From contig JBNOKO010000001.1 of NCBI GenBank assembly GCA_050311575.1, forward strand, positions 520,408 through 584,407: a stretch of DNA of 64,000 nt. Direction: 5' to 3'. The notes below the pieces were generated by a model that did no database searches, was not told the origin of the DNA, and was given only the letters and a program-made list of their open reading frames with translations. Within the stretch, counting starts at the first letter, position 1. Each line of letters starts with the position of its first letter. Origin of the DNA: Candidatus Krakonobacterium acarorum (lineage in GTDB: Bacteria > Bacteroidota > Bacteroidia > SolTP2). This document shows positions 1 through 10,455 of the stretch, in pieces. Made by a program: the position numbers and the translations under genes.

Positions 1-549
1 AATGCTTCTGCGTTGTTTGGTATGTCTTTAACGTATATAGACCACGATTACAAATCTGCTTTAAAATACCTGAAAAAGGCTTGTAATATAGATCCTGACA
101 ATACATCTTATTTGCTGACATTGGCTAACACTGAATCAGAAATTGGTAATATAGAAGATGCCCAAAATATATATTCTCAGCTTATATTAAAGGAACCCGA
201 AAATGCAGAGATATGGGTTGAGTATCTAGAGTTTTTATACGACAAACAAAATATCAATAAAAATATTGATAAGATGTTAATTATTGCAAATAAGGCATTA
301 GAGTACAATAAAGACTCTTGTAAGCTTTTTTACATTTTAGCTAGACTATTGTTTATTTCTAAAAAATATGTTCAAGCAGAATATTATTTGTATAAAGCGG
401 TAAATATAGACAATAGCTATATTAATATTTTTTTAGAAAAAATATCTCCAAGGATTATGAAAGATCCAGAACTTAGCAATGTACTTGCTAAAATGTTAAA
501 ATCTATAACAGATAGGTCATCTAAAAATAATTTAAGCTTTAATATATAA
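1..549 (+). CDS. TPR-repeat protein, 5'-truncated by the window edge. The reading frame is open from nt 1; the ORF track starts it at the M at nt 13.
   Basis: Frame 1 is open from position 1 to the stop at 549. The translation has a TPR-like helical-repeat composition (LANTESEIGNIEDAQNIYSQLI, AEIWVEYLEFLY). Confidence 0.45.
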   Translation, partial: NASALFGMSLTYIDHDYKSALKYLKKACNIDPDNTSYLLTLANTESEIGNIEDAQNIYSQLILKEPENAEIWVEYLEFLYDKQNINKNIDKMLIIANKALEYNKDSCKLFYILARLLFISKKYVQAEYYLYKAVNIDNSYINIFLEKISPRIMKDPELSNVLAKMLKSITDRSSKNNLSFNI

Positions 550-642
550 AGATTTATAAGCGCTTATTTTGGGCAGGTTATTTGTAATCTCAAAAATCCT
601 ATAGCTATGCTAACTTTGGTTTAATCTACAGATAATTTCATA

Positions 643-1233
643 ATGAAAAAGTGTAATTTATATTTTATAACTAATAATAAACATAAAATTCAAGAAGCGC
701 AGCGTATACTTGGTCCCAATATTAAACTTAATGATAACTTAGACATTTCTATTCCTGAAATAGATGAAACGGGCCTTTCTTATAAGGAAAATGCAGACCA
801 AAAACTTCTGAATGGTCAAAGGTATTTAACTATAGATTGCTTTAGCGAAGATAGTGGGTTAGAAGTAGAGGCTCTTAACAATGAACCAGGGATATTTTCT
901 GCTCGGTATTCATTATTTAAAAAATCTGATTTAAGTAATATAGAGCTATTAATGCAACAAATGCATGGTATAGCTAATCGAAAAGCCAGGTTTGTAGCTG
1001 TAATAGCTCTATACATAAATAAAAAAAAATATTTTTTTGAAGGCCAAATACAAGGATTGATTGCTGATAAGCCATCCAATAGTAGACATGGTTTTGGTTA
1101 CGATCCTATATTTATTCCAGATGGTTATAGTATAACTTTTGCTGAACTACCTAGTAGTGTAAAACAAAATATTAGCCATAGGGCTATAGCGTTAAAAAAA
1201 TTAAGCGATTTTATATTTGGAAAAAACTTATAG
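643..1233 (+). CDS. rdgB: Non-canonical purine NTP pyrophosphatase (dITP/XTP pyrophosphatase), Ham1/RdgB family
   Basis: The 196-aa length and the N-terminus YFITNNKHKIQEAQRIL match Ham1-family proteins. Other matches are FSEDSGLEV, PGIFSARY and the C-terminal SHRAIALKKL. Confidence 0.8.
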   Translation: MKKCNLYFITNNKHKIQEAQRILGPNIKLNDNLDISIPEIDETGLSYKENADQKLLNGQRYLTIDCFSEDSGLEVEALNNEPGIFSARYSLFKKSDLSNIELLMQQMHGIANRKARFVAVIALYINKKKYFFEGQIQGLIADKPSNSRHGFGYDPIFIPDGYSITFAELPSSVKQNISHRAIALKKLSDFIFGKNL

Positions 1234-3075
1234 GTCATTAATATATTTTTGTTGAATATTGCTTCTATCAATCGGTAAAAGGTCTTTTTTACTTTTAGGT
1301 CTAAGATTATTATGCCAAACAAAGCCTTCAAGATGCAAATCTTTTTTCTCAATATCATTGTAAGGGGTAATACTACCAATAGGATCAGTTATATATTTTG
1401 TTTGGACTAGATCGGAGTTTTTAAAGAGTAGCTCGATTTTTGATGCTTTTGTCGAGTTAATACCTACATATGGATCTGTATTGTTTTCTAACTTATTCTC
1501 GTCTTTAATATGGTATATTGATTCAGCGTTACCGTCTACTATAAGTTTATTCAGTTTATTATCTATAAAATTTGCTGTTACACTACGACCTTTTATTTCA
1601 TTAAATTTATTTATGTCGTCCTTGTTTTGGTTAATAATTATAGGATTGTCGATAAAATAACCACGATGCAATTTAGAATCTTTTAAAGTAAATAGCATGT
1701 TTTTAGACGTAATCTGAGTGTTTTCTCCAATCCAAAGCACCGGGTTGTCGGTAATATACAATAAACTATCATTTTTTATATATATAAAACTATCAGCAAC
1801 CAGCTGTAATGAATCATTATATACTTTTACCTTTTTATATGCGTTAATTACACTAGAGATCTGATTTAAAGTATTTTCATTAATAAAAGGGTACTCTTTT
1901 AAGATTTTATTGTGCGTTTTATTTATGTCATTTATAAAATAAGTATGAGAGTTATATACTTTATAGCCTTTTGAACGGTTAAGAGCATAATTTATACTAT
2001 GCTTAGGAATATATAATTGCTCAAGTAAATAGCTACCTGGATAATATGCGGTAAAAAAATGTATTATTTCTATATCCTTAATATCTATACTATGATTATT
2101 AGTAAGTTCACTGATATCAGGGATTAGTATTTTATCTTTAGGTGTATCATAAGCCAATATTGTATCTGCAGTTAAGTAAAACGGATCGTTATTCTGTATG
2201 CTTTTTATTAAAACATTATTGGTTATTAAACTATTGGATGTAGTTTGGTTAGAAGAGGCAAAATTTGATACAATATGTGTGTTGTTTTTTTTATCTATTA
2301 TTAAAGTATTATTAGTTAAGGTATTTGTTTTTAGTTTTTCGTTTAATACCATTGTGTCTGCAGTAAAATATTTATCTTCGGATGAATAATAAGAATTTTT
2401 ATAGAGATTGGTTTCGGTGCTATTAGTATTATAATCCCCTTCTTCGCTATAAATAAAGCTTTTGTCAGTATTGTCAATTATTTTGGTTGGAACTTTAAAA
2501 TATGCTTTTTGTAGGTTATTATCGTAAGTTATTAAGTTTGTTAAGATAGTATTACTGGAAGATGTTATAGATACGTTTTTAGAAAAATCAGCAATTTTAG
2601 TTGCAATATTATAAGTGCCGGTTTCACTTTTTAAAACATCAGTTTTATTAAGTATTGTGCCTTCGTTATAATATGTTCCAATTTTATCTTTGGTATTGTA
2701 AACAAAAAGATTAGTTAGTAAAGTAGTATTGTTATTCAGCATATTAACGTTGTTAATAAATGTCGCTATATTCTTATTTCCATCATATTTTAGAGAATCC
2801 GATTTTATTGTAGTGGTTCCTTTCTCGGCATCTTCTTGGATAATTTTAACATTGCCGAAAGCCTCAATATAATTTTTATTATCGTAAAGATATAAAGTGT
2901 CGCAGTACATATCGTTACCGTTATGTCGGAAATGGCAGTTGCCATAAAGCTTTATATAATCAGCGTCATTCAACATTTGTGAATTATCTGAATTAATAAT
3001 TTGTATCTTATTTTGAGCATTTAAGGGGAAATTTAATATGCAAAGCATATAAATTATATAAAATATTTTTTTCAT
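1228..3075 (-). CDS. Secreted Asn/Thr-rich protein with an OstA/LptD-N-terminal-like domain
   Basis: A signal peptide (MKKIFYIIYMLCILNFPLNAQ) is followed by an OstA-like beta-jellyroll pattern: KIQIINSDNSQ...GNCHFRHNGNDMYCDTLYLYDNKNYIEAFGNVKI. The protein is 615 aa, too short to carry a full LptD barrel. Confidence 0.4.
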   Translation of the reverse strand: MKKIFYIIYMLCILNFPLNAQNKIQIINSDNSQMLNDADYIKLYGNCHFRHNGNDMYCDTLYLYDNKNYIEAFGNVKIIQEDAEKGTTTIKSDSLKYDGNKNIATFINNVNMLNNNTTLLTNLFVYNTKDKIGTYYNEGTILNKTDVLKSETGTYNIATKIADFSKNVSITSSSNTILTNLITYDNNLQKAYFKVPTKIIDNTDKSFIYSEEGDYNTNSTETNLYKNSYYSSEDKYFTADTMVLNEKLKTNTLTNNTLIIDKKNNTHIVSNFASSNQTTSNSLITNNVLIKSIQNNDPFYLTADTILAYDTPKDKILIPDISELTNNHSIDIKDIEIIHFFTAYYPGSYLLEQLYIPKHSINYALNRSKGYKVYNSHTYFINDINKTHNKILKEYPFINENTLNQISSVINAYKKVKVYNDSLQLVADSFIYIKNDSLLYITDNPVLWIGENTQITSKNMLFTLKDSKLHRGYFIDNPIIINQNKDDINKFNEIKGRSVTANFIDNKLNKLIVDGNAESIYHIKDENKLENNTDPYVGINSTKASKIELLFKNSDLVQTKYITDPIGSITPYNDIEKKDLHLEGFVWHNNLRPKSKKDLLPIDRSNIQQKYINDL

Positions 3076-3151
3076 AACGGTAATAGTCCAAAAATAATAA
3101 AAACTTTATAGTTTAGTATATTGTATTGTATGACATCTATTTTATGATTTT

Positions 3152-3634
3152 ATGACCAAGGCGATTTTCTTAGATAGAGACGGAGTGTTAAATCAAGAAC
3201 TGGGAGATTATGTATGTTCATTAAAAGATTTCCATATATTAGATTATAATATTAGCTTTTTACAAAGCTTACATAAAAAAGGATATATTTTTATAGTAAT
3301 AACTAACCAGGGTGGGATAGCTTTAAATAGATTTAGTAAAGATATATTATATAATATTCATGATTTTATGCGTAAAGAATATCTTAAATATGGTATTATA
3401 TTTCATGAAATTTATTATTGTCCGCACCATCCTTCTATCTCTGATTGTTTGTGCAGGAAACCAAAATCACTGATGTTAAAAAAAGCTATTAATAGATTTA
3501 ATATTATAATTGAAGATTCTTATATGATAGGAGACCGTGATACAGATGTTTTAGCCGCAGAAAATGTAGGCATAAAAGGTATTAAGGTTGAGTCAAATCA
3601 AAATTTACAATCGCTTATTGGTATTATAAAATGA
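3152..3634 (+). CDS. gmhB: HAD-IIIA phosphatase, likely D-glycero-D-manno-heptose 1,7-bisphosphate phosphatase
   Basis: IFLDRDGVLN is the HAD motif I. TNQGGIA and GDRDTDV match motifs II and III of the GmhB/HisB-N family. Length is 160 aa. The stop overlaps the start of the next gene (ATGA). Confidence 0.6.
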   Translation: MTKAIFLDRDGVLNQELGDYVCSLKDFHILDYNISFLQSLHKKGYIFIVITNQGGIALNRFSKDILYNIHDFMRKEYLKYGIIFHEIYYCPHHPSISDCLCRKPKSLMLKKAINRFNIIIEDSYMIGDRDTDVLAAENVGIKGIKVESNQNLQSLIGIIK

Positions 3635-4680
3635 GGTTATTAGGAAAAATATTATTATTCTTTTTAATATTATCGTTTGTTGTAGTTCAGCTATTTAAAT
3701 ACAACGATAATTGGAAAAATTTCTACAATTTATATGTGCAACGTGGCGTTTCGCTAATACAAAGATTCCTTGTAGGAACTGCTAAATTTTCTGTTGGCGA
3801 AATTATCATAATTTTAGTTATTCTACTTTTAATATTTATTTTGGTACTATTAGTAAATGCTATCGTTAATTATAAGCTTTTAGATACTTATAAAAGTATT
3901 AATTTATGTATCTGGGTTGTTAACCTTAGTTTGTTTTTTTATGTAAGTTATCAAACATTATGGGGATTGAATTATAATAGGCAACCTAATAAATACTTTA
4001 CTAATCAGTCTTACTCTACTAATTTAATTTATGATATTGAAGATCTTAAGTCTTTAGCTAATACATTATTAGATAAGATTCAATATAGTTATAGCCAGGT
4101 CGTAAATCAGGAACCTCAATCTTTAGATAAAATATATGACAAAGCCTTTTTGCCATATAAACGCTACCTGATTTATAAATCTATAAAACCATCATTGTTT
4201 TCTGGATTATTAAGTTATAGCGGAGTTAGTGGTTATTATAATTTTATAAGCGGAGAAGCAATAATAAATAAAAACTACCCGGTTTTTTTATTGCCTTTTG
4301 TTGTATGCCACGAGATAGCACACCAAAAAGGCATAGCTAGTGAGGGACAAGCTAACTTTGAGGGATTTATGCATGCTTTACAAACTAAAGATCCTGTATT
4401 TATTTATTCAGCTAGTATAACTGCTTTTTTTTATACTCTAAGGTATATAGGCTTAAATAGTAGCCAGGATGATGTAAAAGTGTTTGTAAACGAGCTGCCT
4501 GGCGGGGTAAAAGACGATATGGAGAAATATTATGCTTATATAAAAAAATATAAAGGCAAAATAGATAGAGTAACGTCAGTTATATACGATGCATTTTTAA
4601 AGAGTAATAAACAGGTAAATGGTATAAGATCTTACGATGAGTATGTGTATTTATTAATACAGTGGAATAAAAGTTTATAG
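3631..4680 (+). CDS. Membrane protein with an HExxH motif, DUF3810-like putative zinc metalloprotease
   Basis: An N-terminal TM helix and a second hydrophobic segment are present. VVCHEIAHQKG is an HExxH motif. The size, about 350 aa, is typical of the Bacteroidota DUF3810 family. Confidence 0.45.
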   Translation: MRLLGKILLFFLILSFVVVQLFKYNDNWKNFYNLYVQRGVSLIQRFLVGTAKFSVGEIIIILVILLLIFILVLLVNAIVNYKLLDTYKSINLCIWVVNLSLFFYVSYQTLWGLNYNRQPNKYFTNQSYSTNLIYDIEDLKSLANTLLDKIQYSYSQVVNQEPQSLDKIYDKAFLPYKRYLIYKSIKPSLFSGLLSYSGVSGYYNFISGEAIINKNYPVFLLPFVVCHEIAHQKGIASEGQANFEGFMHALQTKDPVFIYSASITAFFYTLRYIGLNSSQDDVKVFVNELPGGVKDDMEKYYAYIKKYKGKIDRVTSVIYDAFLKSNKQVNGIRSYDEYVYLLIQWNKSL

Positions 4681-4725
4681 ATACTACTTTAAGCCTACAC
4701 AGGTTGTTACTCAGTTTTGGTATTG

Positions 4726-6213
4726 TTAACAAACACAAAGTTTTTCTATTATACTTTTAGTTTCATTAATTAGAGCGCCAGATTCATCATTTGTATTGGC
4801 TTCATAATATATTCTTAAAAGGGGTTCTGTGCCAGATAATCGTAACATTACCCACGATTCATTTGCAAATCTGAATTTTATTCCGTCTAAATATTCTACG
4901 CCTATAACTTTATTTTGGAAAAATTCTTTAAAATCTTTATTAATATATTTTTTTAATATTTCCTCTTTTTGTTTAGTAAGACTCAAATCTATGCGTCCGG
5001 TTGAAAAATAGCCTACCTTATCGTATAAGTTATCTATTAGTTCAGAAAGTGTTTTTTTACTTTCTATCATTAAGGCTATAATATTTAGAGATATGAATAT
5101 GCCATCGCGTTCACATAAATAATGATTTAGTGCAATTCCTCCAGACTCTTCGCCACCTAACATATATTGTTTAGGGTTAGCAGTCATTAATTGACATATA
5201 TATTTAAACCCTACTTTAGTTACAGTATGATTTATACCATATATGTTGCATAGTTTTTGGATTTTATCTGTACACGAGAATGTGCTTATAACATCACCTT
5301 TTAGCCCCTTATACTCATATAAATATAATATTAAAAGCATAATTATTTTATGCGAGCTTATATAGCACCCCTTCTCGTCAAATATCGCAAGTCTATCTGC
5401 ATCTCCGTCTAAAGCTATAGCGCATTTATAAGATTTGTTAATTATTAAATTCTGTAATTGGATTAAATTTTTTTCTATAGGCTCAGGGGCACTATATCCG
5501 AAATTAGGATTCACTTCTGCATTTACAAGAGTAGATTTGGGCAATATTTGCTTTATTGCGTTTTGCCCAGCGCCATACATCAAGTCGTATACTAAATACT
5601 CTGAGTGCTTATTAATAGCGTTTGTATCGATGTTATTTTCTATATTTTCTATATATAAGCTTTCTAAATCTTTAGTAGTTATAAGAGGGTTATTATCTAA
5701 ACAGTTTGAATTTAACTGTAACTGTATTTGCATATCGATATCTTGTGGTATTAAAGATTCAATTTCTTTAACTGATAGTTCATCTAAAGGGCCTCCATAA
5801 TTACCTTTTAATTTTATTCCGCTATAATAATAAGGATTATGGCTGGCAGTAACGATTATCCCTAAGTGTGCATTGTAGTGCCTCGTAGCTAATGAAACCA
5901 TAGGCGTAGATACGAAATTATTACTTGATAATATTACCTGTATTTCTTGTTTTACTAAAATACCGGCGATTAAATTACTAAATTGTCTACCCATGAATCT
6001 GCAATCGTTGCCAATAACAACCTTTATAGGGGTATCGGTATATTTATTTTTTAGCCATTTTGAAACTGCTATAATTACTCTAGATATATTATGACAATTA
6101 AAATCGTTTGAAATTATAGCGCGCCATCCGTCGGTGCCAAATATTATATTTGACATGGTATTGTTCTTTATAGAATTAATAATCATTGTAATTTGTATTG
6201 GTAATTTATCCAA
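4726..6213 (-). CDS. Alpha-D-phosphohexomutase (phosphoglucomutase/phosphomannomutase family). The true start is probably the internal Met, MSNIIFGTDGWR, at about 6156.
   Basis: GTDGWRA, TASHNPYYYSGIK (the active-site Ser loop), DGDADR (the metal-binding loop) and GGEESGG (the sugar-binding loop) are all present. Confidence 0.8.
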   Translation of the reverse strand: MDKLPIQITMIINSIKNNTMSNIIFGTDGWRAIISNDFNCHNISRVIIAVSKWLKNKYTDTPIKVVIGNDCRFMGRQFSNLIAGILVKQEIQVILSSNNFVSTPMVSLATRHYNAHLGIIVTASHNPYYYSGIKLKGNYGGPLDELSVKEIESLIPQDIDMQIQLQLNSNCLDNNPLITTKDLESLYIENIENNIDTNAINKHSEYLVYDLMYGAGQNAIKQILPKSTLVNAEVNPNFGYSAPEPIEKNLIQLQNLIINKSYKCAIALDGDADRLAIFDEKGCYISSHKIIMLLILYLYEYKGLKGDVISTFSCTDKIQKLCNIYGINHTVTKVGFKYICQLMTANPKQYMLGGEESGGIALNHYLCERDGIFISLNIIALMIESKKTLSELIDNLYDKVGYFSTGRIDLSLTKQKEEILKKYINKDFKEFFQNKVIGVEYLDGIKFRFANESWVMLRLSGTEPLLRIYYEANTNDESGALINETKSIIEKLCVC

Positions 6214-6273
6214 TTACAATACTAAGAAAAATTCTATTTAACATAAAAATTATAATATAAAACATAGTTCAAC

Positions 6274-7620
6274 ATGAAATATTTGATAATTAAAAATGCC
6301 TGTCTAATCAATAACAACAAGCGTTTCAATGCGGATGTATTGATTAAAAATAAAACAATAGAAAAAATAGATAGGAATATTAATACTAAGAATTTAAACG
6401 TTAAAGAAATAGATGCCGAGAACCTTTTTATGATTCCTGGACTGATAGATTCTCATGTGCATTTTAGAGAGCCTGGTTTAACAAGTAAGGCTACTATTTA
6501 TACAGAAAGCAGAGCAGCTGCTACGGGTGGGATAACCTCGTTTATTGATATGCCAAATACTGTCCCTCCAACAAAAAAATATGATGATTTTTTAAACAAA
6601 TGTAATATTGCAAAATTAACCTCAGCTATTAATTATTCATTTTATGTATTAGTAGCAAACGATAATTACGATGAAATAATGAACCTTAATCACAGAGAAG
6701 TTCCTGGTCTAAAAATATTCTTAGGTTCGTCAACTGGAAATTTAGCTAATAAAGACACAGAATCCATAGAAAAAGTTTTTGCTAATACGCCTTTGCTAAT
6801 TTTAGCTCATTGTGAAGATGATGCGACAATAAATAAAAACTTAGAACTATATAAAAATAAATATAAAGACTTAAACTTTCCTTATAATATACACAAGTTA
6901 ATAAGAGACGATGAAGCTTGTTATGTCGCAAGCCTTATGGCTGCCAATATGGCAGAAAAATATTCTACCAGACTCCATATTGTACACATATCTACAGAAA
7001 AAGAATTATCTTTATTAAAAAAAGGAGAAAATTTAAAGGGGAAAAATATCACTGGTGAAGTCTGTGTGCATCATTTATTTTTTTCGGAAGACGATTATAA
7101 AAAGCTAGGTAACCTAATAAAATGGAATCCATCAATAAAATCTAAGCTGGATAAAGAAGCTTTACAAAAAGCGCTAAGAGATAATCTGATAGATACTATT
7201 GCTACAGACCATGCTCCACATTTATTGCATGAAAAGCAACAACCATATCTACAGGCTCCTTCAGGGGCACCTTTAGTGCAGCATGCTTTGCCAATATTAT
7301 TAGAGCTTTCTTTAGACAATAAAATAACTATGGAAACAATAGTTGCAAAGTTTGCTCATAATGTAGCAAAGCTATTTAATATAGAAAAAAGGGGCTTTTT
7401 AGAAGAAGGGTACTATGCCGATATAGCACTTTTTAGCTTGCATGATAGTTTTAAAGTAGACTCATTGTCCAATATTAAATACAAGTGTCAATGGAGTCCA
7501 GTTGACAAATATACTTTTAGATCTAAAATATGTTACACTATTGTTAATGGTGAAATAATATACGACGGCAATAACATATATGATAACAATAATGCTGCTA
7601 TGCAGCTGAAATTCAATTAA
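6274..7620 (+). CDS. pyrC: Dihydroorotase (amidohydrolase superfamily, long form)
   Basis: DSHVHFREPG provides the metal-binding His pair. The 448-aa length fits the long-form DHOase/allantoinase family. Conserved matches include ATDHAPH and CVHHLF. Confidence 0.65.
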   Translation: MKYLIIKNACLINNNKRFNADVLIKNKTIEKIDRNINTKNLNVKEIDAENLFMIPGLIDSHVHFREPGLTSKATIYTESRAAATGGITSFIDMPNTVPPTKKYDDFLNKCNIAKLTSAINYSFYVLVANDNYDEIMNLNHREVPGLKIFLGSSTGNLANKDTESIEKVFANTPLLILAHCEDDATINKNLELYKNKYKDLNFPYNIHKLIRDDEACYVASLMAANMAEKYSTRLHIVHISTEKELSLLKKGENLKGKNITGEVCVHHLFFSEDDYKKLGNLIKWNPSIKSKLDKEALQKALRDNLIDTIATDHAPHLLHEKQQPYLQAPSGAPLVQHALPILLELSLDNKITMETIVAKFAHNVAKLFNIEKRGFLEEGYYADIALFSLHDSFKVDSLSNIKYKCQWSPVDKYTFRSKICYTIVNGEIIYDGNNIYDNNNAAMQLKFN

Positions 7621-7881
7621 ATTTATGATGCTGGGAAATTAAATTGGCTCAATCATTGCTAACTATAAATTAAAAAATATAAAAATTAATTACTAAATTA
7701 GTCTTTGAGGGAATACAAATATAACATAATTAGTAAGTCCATTTTACATGGCATAGTTTTTAAAGTTAAGTAATACTGATATGTCCTGTTGTGAATATTT
7801 ATTGCAATATTGATATTCGCAATACGGATAATTAAATGTATTCTTGTATTTTAGCTTAAAGTATTTTATTATAAACAATTT

Positions 7882-10392
7882 ATGGAAGCCAAATTTTCTC
7901 CAATTGTAAAAGATGTTATTTCATATAGTAGAGAAGAAGCTCTAAGACTTCTACACGATTATATAGGAACAGAGCACTTATTGTTAGGATTAATACGCGA
8001 AAATCAAGGAGCGGCCTATAGACTTTTAAAAGCTTTAGGCTACGATTTGAATATTTTAAAAGAAAAGGTAGAAAACTCTATAAAAAAATCAGCGAATGTG
8101 AATACTGCAACGCTGCTTAGAGTTATACCTCTTACTAAACAAGCCGAAAAAGTATTAAAAATAACATACCTTGAAGCAAAGCTATTTAAACATGATACTA
8201 TAAGTACTATGCATTTGCTTTTAGCTATATTAAGAGAGAGCAATAGCTCTTTAACAAAGATATTAAACGACCTTAATATTAACTATGATATAGTAAAAAA
8301 CGAATTAATAAAGAACAAAGGTTTATCTGAAGATTCTTTAAATAATTCATCTGAGAATAATTATAAAGATGACGACGAATCTGCTGATAATAAATATAAC
8401 GTCAGTAGTAAAAAGATTTCTGATAATAAATCCAGGACCCCTGTATTAGATAGTTTTGGCAGGGATTTAACTAGAGATGCTGAACTTGGCAAATTGGATC
8501 CGGTAGTAGGCAGAGACAAAGAAATAGAAAGAGTTTCTCAAATATTATCTAGAAGAAAAAAGAATAATCCTATATTAATAGGTGAACCAGGGGTAGGTAA
8601 ATCTGCTGTAGTAGAAGGTTTAGCTCTACGGATTATACAGAAAAAGGTATCCCGTATATTATTTTCTAAGCGTATAATAGTTCTGGATCTAGCTTTTCTA
8701 GTAGCTGGAACTAAGTATAGAGGACAATTCGAGGAAAGGATAAAATCAATAATGAACGAACTCGAAAAATCTAAAGATATAATTTTATTTATTGACGAAA
8801 TCCATAATATAGTGGGGGCCGGGGGAGCTGTAGGATCACTTGATGCTTCAAATATATTAAAGCCGGCTCTTGCCAGAGGAGAGGTACAGTGCATAGGCGC
8901 TACAACCTTAGATGAATACAGGCAGCATATAGAAAAAGACGGAGCTTTAGACAGGCGTTTCCAAAAAGTTATAATAGAGCCATCAAGCACAGATGAAACT
9001 GTATCTATACTTAATAATATTAAAAAGTATTATGAGGATTACCACGGTGTAGAATATACACAGGAAGCTATAGATGCTTGTGTTAGGCTTACCAACAGGT
9101 ATATGATGGATAGATTTTTGCCTGATAAAGCAATAGATGTACTGGACGAAGCAGGGTCTCGAGCTCACCTTTTAAATGTTGAGGTACCTAAGAAAATAGT
9201 TACCCTTGAAAGCAAAATTCAGAATATACGTACCCAAAAAAATAATGCTATTAATAAACAGCTATATGAAAAAGCAGCCGCATTAAGAGACCAGGAGCAA
9301 AATTGTTTATATGATTTACAAAATGAAAAAGATCAATGGGAGAAAGAGAAGACAGCTAAAAAAGAAATCATAACAGAGTATAATATTGCAGAAGTGGTAG
9401 CTATGATTACCGGTATTCCTGTCCAAAAGATATCTGATGATGAGTATAAAAAATTACAAGAAACGGAAGATGTATTAAAACATAAAATACTAGGACAAGA
9501 TCAAGCTATAAAAAAAGTAATAAAAGCTATTCAAAGATCAAAAGCAGGCCTAAAAAATCCTAATAGACCTATGGGATCATTTATATTTTTAGGTCAAACC
9601 GGAGTTGGGAAAACTGCTTTAGCTAAATTAGTAGCTAAACATTTATTTGACTCAGAAGAGGCTTTGTTAAAGGTTGACATGAGCGAATACATGGAAAAAT
9701 TTTCTGTATCTCGTTTAACAGGCGCGCCACCAGGCTACGTTGGATACGAAGAGGGTGGACAACTTACAGAAAAAGTAAGGAGAAAGCCGTATATGGTAAT
9801 ATTATTTGATGAAATAGAAAAAGCACATGCAGATATATCTAATTTGTTACTCCAAGTATTGGATGAAGGCTTTTTAACAGATGGCCTTGGTAGAAAAGTT
9901 GACTTTAGAAATACTATAATCATATTAACTTCTAATATAGGCGCAAGGCAAGTTAAAGATTTTGGCCTTGGTGTAGGATATATGACTAATCATAAACAAG
10001 ATTTTTCGGAAGAGTACTTAAAAAAAGTTATAGAAAAATCTTTGCAAAAACGTTTTTCTCCAGAATTCATAAATAGGTTAGATGATATAATAGTATTTAA
10101 TCAATTAACTAAAGAAAATGTTTCTAAAATAGTTGATTTAGAATTAGATGAACTATGTGATAAGCTTAATAACTTACAGATAACAGTTGGTTCTATTGAA
10201 AGTGAGGTTAAAGACTATCTGGTAGAAAAGGGGTTCGAGTCCGATTATGGCGCAAGGCAAGTAAAGAGATCAGTTCAAAGTTACGTTGAAGATCCTGTAT
10301 CTGAAGCTATTGTTAAAAAGGATATTAAAGCTGGAGATACAATTACGCTAAGTTTAGATATAAATAAGCAGATACATATAAAAACGTCATAA
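7882..10392 (+). CDS. clpC: ATP-dependent Clp protease ATP-binding subunit, ClpC type. It has two AAA+ modules and a short middle domain.
   Basis: There is a Clp_N repeat (GTEHLLLGLIRE and HLLLAILRE). Walker A appears twice (GEPGVGKSA and GQTGVGKT). Walker B motifs are FIDEIH and ILFDEIEKAH. GYVGYEEGG and the sensor region are present. Length is 836 aa. Confidence 0.9.
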   Translation: MEAKFSPIVKDVISYSREEALRLLHDYIGTEHLLLGLIRENQGAAYRLLKALGYDLNILKEKVENSIKKSANVNTATLLRVIPLTKQAEKVLKITYLEAKLFKHDTISTMHLLLAILRESNSSLTKILNDLNINYDIVKNELIKNKGLSEDSLNNSSENNYKDDDESADNKYNVSSKKISDNKSRTPVLDSFGRDLTRDAELGKLDPVVGRDKEIERVSQILSRRKKNNPILIGEPGVGKSAVVEGLALRIIQKKVSRILFSKRIIVLDLAFLVAGTKYRGQFEERIKSIMNELEKSKDIILFIDEIHNIVGAGGAVGSLDASNILKPALARGEVQCIGATTLDEYRQHIEKDGALDRRFQKVIIEPSSTDETVSILNNIKKYYEDYHGVEYTQEAIDACVRLTNRYMMDRFLPDKAIDVLDEAGSRAHLLNVEVPKKIVTLESKIQNIRTQKNNAINKQLYEKAAALRDQEQNCLYDLQNEKDQWEKEKTAKKEIITEYNIAEVVAMITGIPVQKISDDEYKKLQETEDVLKHKILGQDQAIKKVIKAIQRSKAGLKNPNRPMGSFIFLGQTGVGKTALAKLVAKHLFDSEEALLKVDMSEYMEKFSVSRLTGAPPGYVGYEEGGQLTEKVRRKPYMVILFDEIEKAHADISNLLLQVLDEGFLTDGLGRKVDFRNTIIILTSNIGARQVKDFGLGVGYMTNHKQDFSEEYLKKVIEKSLQKRFSPEFINRLDDIIVFNQLTKENVSKIVDLELDELCDKLNNLQITVGSIESEVKDYLVEKGFESDYGARQVKRSVQSYVEDPVSEAIVKKDIKAGDTITLSLDINKQIHIKTS

Positions 10393-10455
10393 GAAAATTG
10401 TAAGCCAAGTAGAATTTAGTTTACAATTAATATTTATAGAAATATAACAGTTATT

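Noticed and set aside
7840-7870. A CtsR- or HrcA-like operator upstream of clpC (TTGCAATATTGATATTCGCAATA)
   Set aside because: It is a loose direct repeat rather than a clean palindrome or CIRCE-like element. No known Bacteroidota clpC operator consensus is available for comparison.
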